This document shows positions 36,995 to 47,101 of a stretch of DNA of 64,000 nucleotides, piece after piece. The stretch is from Verrucomicrobiia bacterium (GTDB taxonomy: Bacteria; Verrucomicrobiota; Verrucomicrobiia; JABWAM01). The translations under genes were made by a program, and so were the position numbers. The stretch is from the NCBI GenBank assembly GCA_028687435.1, contig JAQUAF010000010.1, forward strand, positions 9,176-73,175. The letters run 5' to 3'. Numbering within the stretch: the stretch's first letter is position 1; every line of letters starts with the position of its first letter. Under the pieces are notes generated by a model that searched no databases, was not told the DNA's origin, and worked only from the letters and a program-made list of their open reading frames with translations.

Positions 36995-37972
36995 TTATTT
37001 CCTGAACGTCGCAAAAAAGTGGTCGTAGGCGCGAATTTTCAGAAGGGCAAAGCGGTTGCATGCGGGGGAGGCTTTGAGCCGGAGTCCCATGGCGGACGGG
37101 AGGACGGCGCCGATGCGGGTGAGGGGAATTTTGAAACGCCTGGTCCATGAGCGGACAAGGCGGGGAAATTCCTGGGGGGGAAGGGTGAAAAGAAGTTCGT
37201 AGTCTTCGCCATCAGCAAGGGCGTGGGTGATTTCGGCCTTGCGTGGCAGCTGCTGCCTCCGCAATTCGCTGGAAATGGGGAGGCAGTCCGTCCAGATTTC
37301 AAAACCCACGCGGCTTTGTTCGGCCAGACGGCGCAGATCACCGGCCAGTCCGTCGCTGAGATCCATCATGGAGGTGGGTTTATGCCGGGCGGCGAGAAAA
37401 CGGGCTTCTGAAATCCGTGGCAGGAAACGCAGATGTTTGCCCCGCAGGCTGGCGCCAAGGGCGCCGGTGACGCATACGGCATCTCCCACCCTGGCGCCGG
37501 AGCGGGTGATCATTTCACAGGATTTCACCTCGCCAATCAGGGTAATGGTGAGATGAATGCCGCCGGGGTTGCGGGATGTGTCGCCGCCGATGATCCGCAC
37601 GCCGCAGCGCCGGGCAGCCGAAGTCATGCCTTTGTGGATGCCCATGGCTTTTTTTTGGGTGATGTTTTTCGGCAGGGATGCGGCGGCAAGGGCATAGAGG
37701 GGGATGCCGCCCATGGCGGCGATGTCACTGAGGTTGCGGGCCATGGCTTTCCATCCGATTTCAAAGGGGGTTGCGCTCCGGTCGAAGTGAATGCCCTCGA
37801 TGACCGGATCGCAAGTCAACAACAGCAGGCGTCCCCGTCCGGGGCGACGGATGGCGGCACAATCATCGCCGATGCCCAGGACGAGGCGGCCCGAGGGTTT
37901 TCCGGACAATGCGGCAAAATGACGGATGAGTTGAAATTCACCCCATGGACGCTGGACGGACGTGGGCGTCAT
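36995..37972 (-). CDS. thiL: Thiamine-monophosphate kinase
   Basis: AIR-synthase-related fold with the ThiL N-terminal GDDCAAI motif. Confidence 0.75.
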   Translation of the reverse strand: MTPTSVQRPWGEFQLIRHFAALSGKPSGRLVLGIGDDCAAIRRPGRGRLLLLTCDPVIEGIHFDRSATPFEIGWKAMARNLSDIAAMGGIPLYALAAASLPKNITQKKAMGIHKGMTSAARRCGVRIIGGDTSRNPGGIHLTITLIGEVKSCEMITRSGARVGDAVCVTGALGASLRGKHLRFLPRISEARFLAARHKPTSMMDLSDGLAGDLRRLAEQSRVGFEIWTDCLPISSELRRQQLPRKAEITHALADGEDYELLFTLPPQEFPRLVRSWTRRFKIPLTRIGAVLPSAMGLRLKASPACNRFALLKIRAYDHFFATFRK

Positions 37973-39381
37973 TCCTGTTCCGGCGAAATGGGATTGGAGG
38001 GATCATCGGCAGACCTGATTTTTCGATAGACTGCGGGGAGGCTGATTTTAAGGGCTTCAGCCGCCTTTTTTTTGTCGCCTCTGAAATGGCTGATGGCGCG
38101 CTGGCAGTATTCCCGTTCCACCATGGAGATCAGCTCTTGAAGGGGGACGAAGGCGGGAAGCACGGGGTCGCCGTGATGAGAAGGGGAGAGAAGGGAGGGC
38201 TTTTCGCGCAATTTTGCGGGAAGATCCTCGACACGGATGAGATGACCGTCGCAAAGGACCAGGGCCCGCTCGATGATGTTTTGCAGTTCCCTCACATTGC
38301 CGGGCCAGTTGTAGTCGCAGAGCATGTCGAGGGCGTCCGGCGAGATGCGGATTTCATGGCACATGGGACGGGTTTGGGAGTGCTTGATGAAATGGGAAAT
38401 CAGAAGGGCGATGTCCTCCTTGCGATCGCGCAGGGGCGGAACTTCAATGGGAATGACGCTGAGGCGGTAATAAAGATCCTCCCGGAAGGCGCCGGTTTTC
38501 ATCATTTCGGGCAGTGGACGGTTTGTCGCGGCGATGATGCGCACATTGACTTTGATGGTGGTGTTTTCGCCCACGCGCCGCACTTCGCGTTCCTGGAGGG
38601 CGCGCAGGAGTTTTGCCTGAAGGGAGAGGGGGAGGGTTCCAATTTCATCCAGCAAAAGCGTGCCGCCGTCGGCTTCCTCGAAAATTCCCCGTTTGTCGGT
38701 GAAAGCGTTGGTGAAGGAACCCCGTTTGTGGCCAAAAAGTTCGGATTCAAGAAGCTGCTCCGGCATGCCGGCGCAGTTGATGCTGATCATGGGGCCGTTG
38801 CAACGGTTGCTGAGGCTGTGCAGGGCGCGGGCGACCAGTTCCTTGCCCGTGCCGCTCTCGCCATGAATGAGAACCGTGCAGTCCGTGGGCGCGACTTTTT
38901 GGATCAGGGAAAAGACTTCTTCCATGAGCCGGCTGGTTCCGATGATGTTTTCAACGCGGAATTTGTTTCGCAAACGCTGGTTTTCGCGAAGGAGCTTGCG
39001 AAGTTTCAGGGCGGTGTTGACCTTGCCGAAAAGGTCGTTGAAATCGACAAGTCCCTGGGTGTCGCTGGCGGCTTTTGAAATAAACTCCAGGCAACCTTCC
39101 CTTTCCGCCTCGCGCACCACCTCCGGCTGGTGTTGCCGCGCTGTGATGAGGATGACCGGGAGGGTTTCATCCCATCGTTTCAATTCCCTCAAAACCTCCA
39201 GTCCGGTGAGCGGGGACATGGCATAGTCGCTGATGACCAGATCCACGTCGTTTTTCTTGGCAACCTCAATGGCCCGGGCGCTGTCGGTTTCGGTGACCGT
39301 TTCATAGCCCTTCAAACGGAGCGCCTCGGAAAGCATGTCGAGGTAGGACTCCTTGTCGTCCACGATGAGGATCTTGGACAT
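37969..39381 (-). CDS. Sigma-54-dependent response regulator, PilR-like
   Basis: REC domain, GESGTGKE, GAFTNA-like GSFTNA, C-terminal HTH. Adjacent to pilC. Confidence 0.75.
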   Translation of the reverse strand: MSKILIVDDKESYLDMLSEALRLKGYETVTETDSARAIEVAKKNDVDLVISDYAMSPLTGLEVLRELKRWDETLPVILITARQHQPEVVREAEREGCLEFISKAASDTQGLVDFNDLFGKVNTALKLRKLLRENQRLRNKFRVENIIGTSRLMEEVFSLIQKVAPTDCTVLIHGESGTGKELVARALHSLSNRCNGPMISINCAGMPEQLLESELFGHKRGSFTNAFTDKRGIFEEADGGTLLLDEIGTLPLSLQAKLLRALQEREVRRVGENTTIKVNVRIIAATNRPLPEMMKTGAFREDLYYRLSVIPIEVPPLRDRKEDIALLISHFIKHSQTRPMCHEIRISPDALDMLCDYNWPGNVRELQNIIERALVLCDGHLIRVEDLPAKLREKPSLLSPSHHGDPVLPAFVPLQELISMVEREYCQRAISHFRGDKKKAAEALKISLPAVYRKIRSADDPSNPISPEQE

Positions 39382-39431
39382 GGGTGGGCGGTGTTTGGAG
39401 GTTTGGGGTGATTTTGTTGGAAGGGCCCTTG

Positions 39432-40664
39432 TTACTTCATCATTTCGTGCATCTTGAAGATGGGCAGGAACATGGCGATCACGATTCCGCCGACAACGAT
39501 ACCGAGAAAGGCGATGAGGAGGGGCTCGATCATGGAGGTCAGGCCGGAGAGGGTGGCTTCAATTTCCGTGTCGTAGAAGTCGGCAATTTTGCTGAGCATG
39601 ACATCCACCTTGCCGGTGGATTCGCCGGCGGTGATCATGCGGATGATCATGGGCGGGAAAATGGGGTGCTTGGCGAGGGATGGGGCGATGCTTTCGCCTT
39701 TTTCAATGGCAGCCGCGGCATCCAGCGTGGCCTTTTCAATCAACCAGTTTCCGCTGGATGATGCCACGATGTTCAGGGTCTCGATGATGGGCACACCGCT
39801 GCGGATCAATTGCGCGAAGGTGCGGGCAAAACGGGAAACCGCGATTTTTTGGAAAAGGGGGCCGAACACCGGGAACTTGACCTTGGTTGCGTCCCATTGC
39901 CGGCTGCCTTTTTCGGTCTTGATGTACTTGAGGAATATGACAATGAATGCGGCGACGGCAAGGCCGACGACGATGCCGAAAGGGGAGCGCAGGACGTTGC
40001 TGACGTTTATGAGAACCTGGGTGGGGGCGGGGAGCTGGCCGCCAAAATCCTTGTAGATGCCGGCGAAGACGGGGATGACCTTGACCATCAGGAAGATGAC
40101 GATGATGAAGGCCAGGCTCATGACGACGACGGGATAGTTCATGGCCGACTTGACCTTGTGCTTGAGCCGGGACGAAGCTTCCATGTAGGCGGCGAGACGG
40201 TCGAGGATTTCAGCCAGCACGCCGCCGGTTTCACCTGCCCTGACCATGTTGACAAAAAGCCGGTCAAAGACGGAAGGATAGCGTGCCAAGACGGTGGAAA
40301 GCTGTTCGCCGGTTTCCACGGCGGCTGTCACCTGGGCGAGAACTGGTTTGAAGTTTTTGTTGTTTGTTTGCTCGGTCAGGGCGGTGAGGCTTTGGACCAG
40401 GGGCAGGCCGGCGTCAACCATGGTGGCGAGCTGGCGTGTGAACATGACCATGTCGGTTTCGGGAACCTTGCCGATTTTCATGCTGCCCTTGGCCTTGGCC
40501 TGTTTGCGTTGAAAATTGGAGGTTTCAGCCAGGGAAATAACAACCATTCCCTTTTGTGAAAGTGTTGATGTGGCGGCAGTCTGGTCGGCGGCGTCAACCG
40601 TTCCGCTGCGCATGGCGCCTTTCTCGTCGCGAGCTTGATAGGCAAAGGTTGGCATGCCCGGCAT
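39432..40664 (-). CDS. pilC: Type IV pilus assembly / type II secretion platform protein (GspF/PilC family)
   Basis: Two GspF repeats; 410 aa; three TM segments. Confidence 0.8.
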   Translation of the reverse strand: MPGMPTFAYQARDEKGAMRSGTVDAADQTAATSTLSQKGMVVISLAETSNFQRKQAKAKGSMKIGKVPETDMVMFTRQLATMVDAGLPLVQSLTALTEQTNNKNFKPVLAQVTAAVETGEQLSTVLARYPSVFDRLFVNMVRAGETGGVLAEILDRLAAYMEASSRLKHKVKSAMNYPVVVMSLAFIIVIFLMVKVIPVFAGIYKDFGGQLPAPTQVLINVSNVLRSPFGIVVGLAVAAFIVIFLKYIKTEKGSRQWDATKVKFPVFGPLFQKIAVSRFARTFAQLIRSGVPIIETLNIVASSSGNWLIEKATLDAAAAIEKGESIAPSLAKHPIFPPMIIRMITAGESTGKVDVMLSKIADFYDTEIEATLSGLTSMIEPLLIAFLGIVVGGIVIAMFLPIFKMHEMMK

Positions 40665-40830
40665 GATAGAAAATCAAGGGGGATTTTGCCAGCCCATTTT
40701 TTGGACTGGGGTATCCTTGGAATTGCGAAAACATCGGATTCCCGTTTTGAGGGGATGTCAAAAGCCGGGAATGCGCTCCTGGATGCGGCTCATTTTGAAT
40801 CTTGAATTTTGGATTTTGAATCCCGAATCT

Positions 40831-41445
40831 ATGATCATGATTGCATTGGTGGATTACGGAATGGGAAACCTGCGCAGTGTTGAAAAAGCGCTGCAAAGGG
40901 TTGGAGGGAAGGTTCGGGCTGTTCGTGACGCCGGCGGCGTGGCTGCGGCGCAACGCCTGGTTTTGCCCGGCGTGGGGGCTTTTGGGGATTGCATGAAAAA
41001 CCTGGCAGCCCAGGGGTTGGTTGAGTCAATCAGGGATTTTGTCCGTTCCGGAAGGCCTTTTCTGGGCATTTGCCTGGGGTATCAGCTTCTTTTTGAGGAA
41101 AGCGAGGAGACCGCGGGTTGTGCGGGGCTGGGGCTTTTGCCGGGGAATGTAATCCGGTTTCCAGCCGGATTGCCCTTGAAAGTGCCGCAGATTGGCTGGA
41201 ACAACCTTCGTTTTCGCCGTCCGGACTGCCCGTTGCTGCGCGGGGTGCCCGACGGCAGTCATGTTTATTTTGTGCATTCGTATTTTCCCTGTCCCGCCGA
41301 AGCGTCCGATGTTTGCACGGAAACCGACTATGGCATGCCGTTTGCCTCCATGGTTTGGCGGGGCCGCATGTTCGCCTGCCAGTTTCACCCCGAGAAAAGC
41401 CAGGATGTGGGGCTGAAAATGCTTGAAAATTTTGTTCAACTCTAA
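40831..41445 (+). CDS. hisH: Imidazole glycerol phosphate synthase glutaminase subunit
   Basis: Class I glutamine amidotransferase triad (GICLGYQ, HPEKS); MIALVDYGMGNL N-terminus. Confidence 0.85.
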   Translation: MIMIALVDYGMGNLRSVEKALQRVGGKVRAVRDAGGVAAAQRLVLPGVGAFGDCMKNLAAQGLVESIRDFVRSGRPFLGICLGYQLLFEESEETAGCAGLGLLPGNVIRFPAGLPLKVPQIGWNNLRFRRPDCPLLRGVPDGSHVYFVHSYFPCPAEASDVCTETDYGMPFASMVWRGRMFACQFHPEKSQDVGLKMLENFVQL

Positions 41446-41465
41446 ACCCACTCCAAGGAGAAAAC

Positions 41466-42176
41466 ATGTTTGCCATTCCAGCGATTGATTTGAAGGACGG
41501 CAAGTGCGTGCGCCTGACCCAGGGACGGCTTGACCAGATGAAGGTTTATTCCGACAACCCCGTGGAAATGGCCTTGCGCTGGGAAAGCCAGGGCGCTTCG
41601 GTGATCCATGTGGTGGATCTGGATGGCGCATTTACGGGCGAGGCGAAAAACCTCGATTGGGTGGCGCGGATATGCGGCGCAGTAAAGTGCAAGGTGCAGA
41701 TGGGCGGGGGGATGCGCACGCGTGAGGCGGTGGAGCGTTCCCTGGGTGCGGGGGTGAAGCGCGTTGTTCTTGGCACCAAGGCGTTGTCCGAACCGTTTCT
41801 TGACCGAATGCTGGCTTCCTTTGGTGAATCCATTGTGGTGGGCATCGACGCCAGGGATGGCAAGGCGGCCACCCAGGGATGGACGCAAAAAACAGGCGTG
41901 GACGCTTTTGAGTTTGCCCGGAAGGTCAGCGCCATGGGCGCCATGCGCATTGTATTCACCGATGTGATGACCGATGGAATGCTGGCCGGGCCGCCCCTGG
42001 GCAGCATTGGACGTATTTGCGTGGCTTTCGGCGCGGGCATGGTGATTGCCTCCGGAGGAGTCAAAACCTCGGCGGATGTGAAGGCGGTCAGGGGGCTTGG
42101 TCATGCCAATCTGGAGGGAATCATTGTGGGCAAGGCCCTCTACGAACAAACCTGCGTTTTGTCGGAATGCGAGTGA
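41466..42176 (+). CDS. hisA: ProFAR isomerase
   Basis: AIDLKDGKCVRL and VVDLDGA HisA signatures. Confidence 0.85.
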   Translation: MFAIPAIDLKDGKCVRLTQGRLDQMKVYSDNPVEMALRWESQGASVIHVVDLDGAFTGEAKNLDWVARICGAVKCKVQMGGGMRTREAVERSLGAGVKRVVLGTKALSEPFLDRMLASFGESIVVGIDARDGKAATQGWTQKTGVDAFEFARKVSAMGAMRIVFTDVMTDGMLAGPPLGSIGRICVAFGAGMVIASGGVKTSADVKAVRGLGHANLEGIIVGKALYEQTCVLSECE

Positions 42177-42250
42177 GGGCCGTTTTGGGCCTGTTGCGGA
42201 AATGAAAAATCCGGCTTCCCTTTTGCCCGGGCTCTTTCTACCTTGGCCGG

Positions 42251-43747
42251 ATGGAAGAAACCAATGACTTTTTTGCCCTGAGGAAGAACAAGCTGGATGA
42301 ATTGCGCGCGAAGGGAATGGATCCCTTTCGCAATGAGTTCCGTCCCACCCGTACCGTGGCCCAGTTGAGGGCTGTCCACGAATTGGGAATGACGGTGAAG
42401 GTTGCGGGACGTTTGACGGCGCACCGGCGGATGGGCAAGAGCATTTTTTCCGATTTGCGCGACGAAAGCGACCGCATCCAGATTTATGTTCAAAAAGATG
42501 CGGTGGGAGAGGATGAGTTCGAGAGATTCAAGCATCTGGACCTGGGTGACATCATTGGCGCCGAGGGCGAGGTTTTTACGACCAAGACCGGCGAATTGTC
42601 CGTCAAGGTCGTGAAGTTTGTCCTGTTGACCAAATCCCTTCGTCCGCCGCCGGAAAAATGGCATGGTTTGCAGGATATCGAGATCCGTTACCGCCAGCGC
42701 TATCTCGACTTGATGTCGAATTCCGGAGTGAGGGATTTGTTTCGCAATCGCAGCCGGGTGATTCAGGAGATCCGGGCGTTTTTGAACGGGCGGGGTTTCA
42801 TGGAAGTGGAAACGCCCATGATGCAGAGGGTGGCGGGCGGCGCTGCGGCGCGGCCTTTTGTGACGCATCATGAGGCCCTGAACTGTGACCTTTACCTGCG
42901 CATTGCGCCCGAATTGTATTTGAAACGTTTGCTGGTGGGCGGTTTTGAGAAGGTGTATGAGATCAACCGCAATTTTCGAAACGAGGGCATCTCCCGCCGC
43001 CACAATCCGGAGTTCACCATGATGGAGATTTACGAAGCCTATGGGAATTTCCGGACCATGATGGAGTTGCTGGAAGAGATGATTCCGACCGTGGCGCGCA
43101 ATGTGTTTGGAACGTTGGATATCAAACATACGGGGTTGAATGGCGAAATCCTTCGCACCATCAAATTGGAGCCTCCTTGGGAGAGAAAGACCTATCGTGA
43201 ATTGCTGGCGGGGGCCGTCGCGCCTGATTTTTGGAGCTGGGATGTGGAGAAGAAGCGCGCCAAGGCCAGGGAATTGGGCATCGAAACCGTGGATGGTTTG
43301 GAGGATTTTGAAGTGGTGAACCAGATTTTTGAAAAGGCCGTCCAGCCCAACCTGATCCAGCCGACGTTTGTGACCCATCTGCCCAAGGAACTGGTTCCCC
43401 TGGCCAAGGCCAGCCGGGAGGATTCTTCCACCGTGGATGTTTTTGAGTTGTGCATCAACGGGCAGGAAATCGCCCCCGGCTATTCGGAACAGAACGATCC
43501 GATTGAGCAGCGGGAACGGCTGGTGGCCCAGGTCGGGCAGGAGATCCAGAATCTGGATGAGGATTTTCTGGTGGCTCTCGAACATGGCATGCCGCCCGCC
43601 GGCGGCGTGGGGGTCGGGATCGACCGGCTTCTCATGTTGCTTGCCGGCGCCGAGAGCATTCGGGACGTGATTCTTTTTCCGCAGCTCAAGCCGCAAAAGG
43701 AAGTGGAGATTCTTGCGCCGGTCAACGTGCCGGAACCCAACCTGTGA
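42251..43747 (+). CDS. lysS: Lysine--tRNA ligase (class II)
   Basis: OB-fold N-terminus, class II motifs (FRNEG, GIDRL). Confidence 0.9.
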   Translation: MEETNDFFALRKNKLDELRAKGMDPFRNEFRPTRTVAQLRAVHELGMTVKVAGRLTAHRRMGKSIFSDLRDESDRIQIYVQKDAVGEDEFERFKHLDLGDIIGAEGEVFTTKTGELSVKVVKFVLLTKSLRPPPEKWHGLQDIEIRYRQRYLDLMSNSGVRDLFRNRSRVIQEIRAFLNGRGFMEVETPMMQRVAGGAAARPFVTHHEALNCDLYLRIAPELYLKRLLVGGFEKVYEINRNFRNEGISRRHNPEFTMMEIYEAYGNFRTMMELLEEMIPTVARNVFGTLDIKHTGLNGEILRTIKLEPPWERKTYRELLAGAVAPDFWSWDVEKKRAKARELGIETVDGLEDFEVVNQIFEKAVQPNLIQPTFVTHLPKELVPLAKASREDSSTVDVFELCINGQEIAPGYSEQNDPIEQRERLVAQVGQEIQNLDEDFLVALEHGMPPAGGVGVGIDRLLMLLAGAESIRDVILFPQLKPQKEVEILAPVNVPEPNL

Positions 43748-43756
43748 TTCAATCCC

Positions 43757-45154
43757 ATGGCCATTCGCTTTTTCAATACGCTGAGCCGGTGCGAGGAGGA
43801 GTTCAAGCCGCTTGATCCGTCCGGACGGAAGGTGTTGCTCTATTGTTGCGGACCTACGGTTTATCACTTTGCCCACATCGGCAATTTCCGGACTTTTGTG
43901 TTCGAGGACCTGCTCCGCCGCCATCTTGAGGCCCGCGGGTTTGAGGTGACGCATGTCATGAATGTGACCGATGTGGAGGACAAGATCATCCGCACCGTGC
44001 GGGAAACCGGGGAGCCGCTGAAGGAGCTTACCCGGCGTTACACCGCGGCATTTCTGGAAGATTTGCAAATCCTGGGCTGCCAGATTCCCACCCAAATGCC
44101 CCGGGCGACGGATTGCGTGCCGGATATCATCGCGTTCATCCAACGGTTGGAGGCGAAGGGGATTGCCTACCGGGCCGCCGACGGATCGGTCTATTTTTCC
44201 ATTGAAAAATTTCCGGCTTATGGGCGGTTGTCGCGTTTGGATCGCAATCAGCTCAAGCCGGGTGCGCGGGTCAGCCAGGATGAGCACGCCCGCGAGTCAT
44301 ACGGGGATTTTGCCTTGTGGAAGGCTTATACGGAGAAGGATGGCGGCGTGGCTTGGGACAGCCCTTGGGGACGCGGTCGTCCCGGATGGCATATTGAGTG
44401 TTCGTGCATGAGCATGAAACATCTGGGGGAGACGCTGGATTTGCACTGCGGGGGGGAGGATTTGGTTTTTCCGCATCACGAGGATGAGATTGCCCAGAGC
44501 GAGGCGGCCACCGGCAAGCCTTTTGTCCGGTGCTGGCTGCACAGCGCGCATTTGCTGGTCAACGGACAGAAAATGTCGAAATCCCTCGGCAACTTTTTTA
44601 CCGTGCGTGATTTGCTGGCCAGGGGCTATTCCGGCAGGGAAATCCGTTACGCCCTGTTTTCGGCCCATTACCGGCTGCCGTTGAATTTTACCGAGGATGA
44701 ATTGAAAGCGGTGCGGCAAACCTTGAACCGGCTGGATGCATGGGTGGATCGTCTGCGCAAGGCGGCGGGGGATGCGCCGGTTCCAAAGGCTGGCCAGGGA
44801 ACGTTGGCGGATGGTTTTTTGAATGCGCTGGACGCCGATTTGAATATTTCCGGCGCGCTGGGACAGTTGTTTGAAACGGTCCGGGTGACCCATCGTTCCA
44901 TGGACGAGGGAAAGATGGGAAAAGACGAGGCTGCAAACTGGCTGGCACAATGGCTTCTTGTGGAGCGGACACTGGGTTTGCCGGCGGTTGGCGAGGCCAA
45001 AATTCCCGCCGAAGTCGAGGCTTTGGCTCGTGAACGTCTGGAGGCCAGAAAAAACAAGAACTGGAAACGCTCGGATGAATTGAGGGATGCCATCAAGGCT
45101 GCGGGCTGGGTGGTGCAGGATGCTCCGGGGGGGTGCAAATTGATCCGGGGATGA
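43757..45154 (+). CDS. cysS: Cysteine--tRNA ligase
   Basis: HIGH (HIGN) and KMSKS motifs; zinc-binding Cys. Confidence 0.9.
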   Translation: MAIRFFNTLSRCEEEFKPLDPSGRKVLLYCCGPTVYHFAHIGNFRTFVFEDLLRRHLEARGFEVTHVMNVTDVEDKIIRTVRETGEPLKELTRRYTAAFLEDLQILGCQIPTQMPRATDCVPDIIAFIQRLEAKGIAYRAADGSVYFSIEKFPAYGRLSRLDRNQLKPGARVSQDEHARESYGDFALWKAYTEKDGGVAWDSPWGRGRPGWHIECSCMSMKHLGETLDLHCGGEDLVFPHHEDEIAQSEAATGKPFVRCWLHSAHLLVNGQKMSKSLGNFFTVRDLLARGYSGREIRYALFSAHYRLPLNFTEDELKAVRQTLNRLDAWVDRLRKAAGDAPVPKAGQGTLADGFLNALDADLNISGALGQLFETVRVTHRSMDEGKMGKDEAANWLAQWLLVERTLGLPAVGEAKIPAEVEALARERLEARKNKNWKRSDELRDAIKAAGWVVQDAPGGCKLIRG

Positions 45155-45222
45155 TCTTTTGATGAAAATAGGAGGGGCGACCCTTTCAGAAAAGCGCTGA
45201 TTTTCGCGCCCGATTCAAACCA

Positions 45223-46590
45223 ATGCAAATGGATGAAACCATAGCGGCCATAGCCACTCCCCTTGGAATGGGAAGTCTGAGCGTGGTCCGGATGTCCGGC
45301 AAAATGGCTTTGCCGGTTGCCGACCAGGTTTTTCGCGGACACAAGGGCGGCAAACCGTCCAAATACCGCACGCATACCCTGCACCATGGTTTGGTGGGCG
45401 AAGGCCGGGATGTGATCGAGGAGGTTTTGCTGGCGGTGATGCGAGCTCCGCACTCCTACACGATGGAGGATGTGGTGGAATTTTCCTGCCATGGCGGACT
45501 GGTCAGCGCCAAGCGGTTGTTGGATTTGCTGCTGAGCAAGGGGGTCCGGCTGGCGCATCCGGGTGAGTTTACCCGCCGGGCGTTTTTGAACGGGCGCATC
45601 GATCTGACCCAGGCGGAGGCGGTGATGGATGTGATTTCCGCCCAGACCGAGGGAGCCCACACTGCCGCCGTGGCGCAGTTGCAGGGGCATCTTTACCGGA
45701 AGATTGAACAGGTTTATGAACATCTGACCAATGTGCTTTCCCATGTCGAGGCGCACGTGGACTTTCCCGACGAAGGGTTGACGCCCGACACCCGCGAGAC
45801 GGTGATCTCCCATCTCAGGGATGCGATTGAGTTCGAACAGCAGCTTTCCCGGACGGCGAGGGATGGTCATGTTTTGCGGGAGGGGGTTCGCACGGTGATT
45901 GTGGGCAAACCCAATGTGGGCAAGTCGAGTCTGCTCAATGCGCTGTTGCGTCATGACCGGGCGATTGTGAGCCCCATTCCGGGAACGACCCGGGACACGA
46001 TTGAGGAGGTTCTCAATATTGAAGGGTTGCCCCTGCGCATTGTGGATACCGCAGGGTTCCGGGATGCCGAGGATCCGGTGGAGAGAGAAGGGGTGTTGCG
46101 GACCCGCGCCCAGTTGTTGGGGGCGGAACTGGTTTTGCTGGTGCTGGATTCTTCCAAACGCCTGGAAAAAGTGGATCGCGACCTCCTGGCTTTGTGCAAG
46201 GAAAAACCTCTTATTGTGGTGCTGAACAAGCGCGACCAGGGACAGATCATCGACAGCCAATACCTTCGGGATATGACCACGGTAAGCGCCTCCATGAAAA
46301 ACGGGGAGGGGCTGGACCGGCTGCGCGAGACGATTTCCAGCCATCTTTGGCAGGGGCGGAGCCGCGAGTCGTTCCGCGAGATTTTTGTCAACACCCGGCA
46401 CCATGAGGCGTTGCAGCGTTCCAGCAAGGCTCTTCAGCAGGCGATGGACGCATTGAAGGCCGGGAAATCCCTGGAATATGTTGCCGCGGATTTGCGTCAG
46501 GCCCTTCATTCGTTGGGCGAGGTGAACGGACGCAGTGTCACCGAGGATGTGCTGGATCGCATTTTCAGCAACTTTTGCGTTGGAAAATAG
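45223..46590 (+). CDS. mnmE: tRNA modification GTPase
   Basis: AIATPLG N-terminus, G domain GKPNVGKSSLLN, C-terminal CVGK. Confidence 0.9.
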   Translation: MQMDETIAAIATPLGMGSLSVVRMSGKMALPVADQVFRGHKGGKPSKYRTHTLHHGLVGEGRDVIEEVLLAVMRAPHSYTMEDVVEFSCHGGLVSAKRLLDLLLSKGVRLAHPGEFTRRAFLNGRIDLTQAEAVMDVISAQTEGAHTAAVAQLQGHLYRKIEQVYEHLTNVLSHVEAHVDFPDEGLTPDTRETVISHLRDAIEFEQQLSRTARDGHVLREGVRTVIVGKPNVGKSSLLNALLRHDRAIVSPIPGTTRDTIEEVLNIEGLPLRIVDTAGFRDAEDPVEREGVLRTRAQLLGAELVLLVLDSSKRLEKVDRDLLALCKEKPLIVVLNKRDQGQIIDSQYLRDMTTVSASMKNGEGLDRLRETISSHLWQGRSRESFREIFVNTRHHEALQRSSKALQQAMDALKAGKSLEYVAADLRQALHSLGEVNGRSVTEDVLDRIFSNFCVGK

Positions 46591-46639
46591 TCCGCACTTT
46601 TGTCTTTGCATGGGACGAACCGCTTGTCATTCTGCGCAT

Positions 46640-47044
46640 ATGAACGAAGAATCTCCCAAGCCATCCCTGCCACCGGCAGAACCGAAGACCGGGGAAACGC
46701 CTCCGGTCTCCGAGCCGGCAGAGGCGGAGGTTGAAGCCGGCGCAGGGGCAAGGGGGGGAGGGAATTCCCTTTGGCCGTTCTGGATGGTTGTCTTGACGCC
46801 GATGTTTGCGCTTTTGGCGGTTTATCTTTCCTGGCGTTCCGAGGCCTTGTCGGGATTGCGGCTGGCATGGATTGCCATGTGGAGCGTTTTGCCGGGATTT
46901 GCCTTTGTGGCGGCTGTCGGGAGTTGCGCCCAATTGCGACGGCGGCCATTTCTTGGCATTTTTTCCCTGTTGCTGGCGGTTTTGACCATCGGATTGTGCT
47001 GGTGGGCGATTGATGGCATCCGGCAACTGCAGTTTCTTGAATGA
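46640..47044 (+). CDS. Small membrane protein (about 4 TM), hypothetical
   Basis: Start set at the Met after the mnmE stop; hydrophobic segments. Confidence 0.35.
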   Translation: MNEESPKPSLPPAEPKTGETPPVSEPAEAEVEAGAGARGGGNSLWPFWMVVLTPMFALLAVYLSWRSEALSGLRLAWIAMWSVLPGFAFVAAVGSCAQLRRRPFLGIFSLLLAVLTIGLCWWAIDGIRQLQFLE

Positions 47045-47101
47045 CTTTTTCCGGCCGGGGGATGCGGAATCAGGCGTATTCAAACAGCAGGGGAATTTTT
47101 G

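Noticed and set aside
42140-44287. 715-aa ORF on the minus strand
   Set aside because: Antisense shadow of lysS and cysS with low-complexity H/R/G/P-rich translation. The sense-strand genes have unambiguous aaRS motifs.
44668-46611. 647-aa ORF on the minus strand
   Set aside because: Antisense to cysS/mnmE. This is a typical high-GC shadow ORF.
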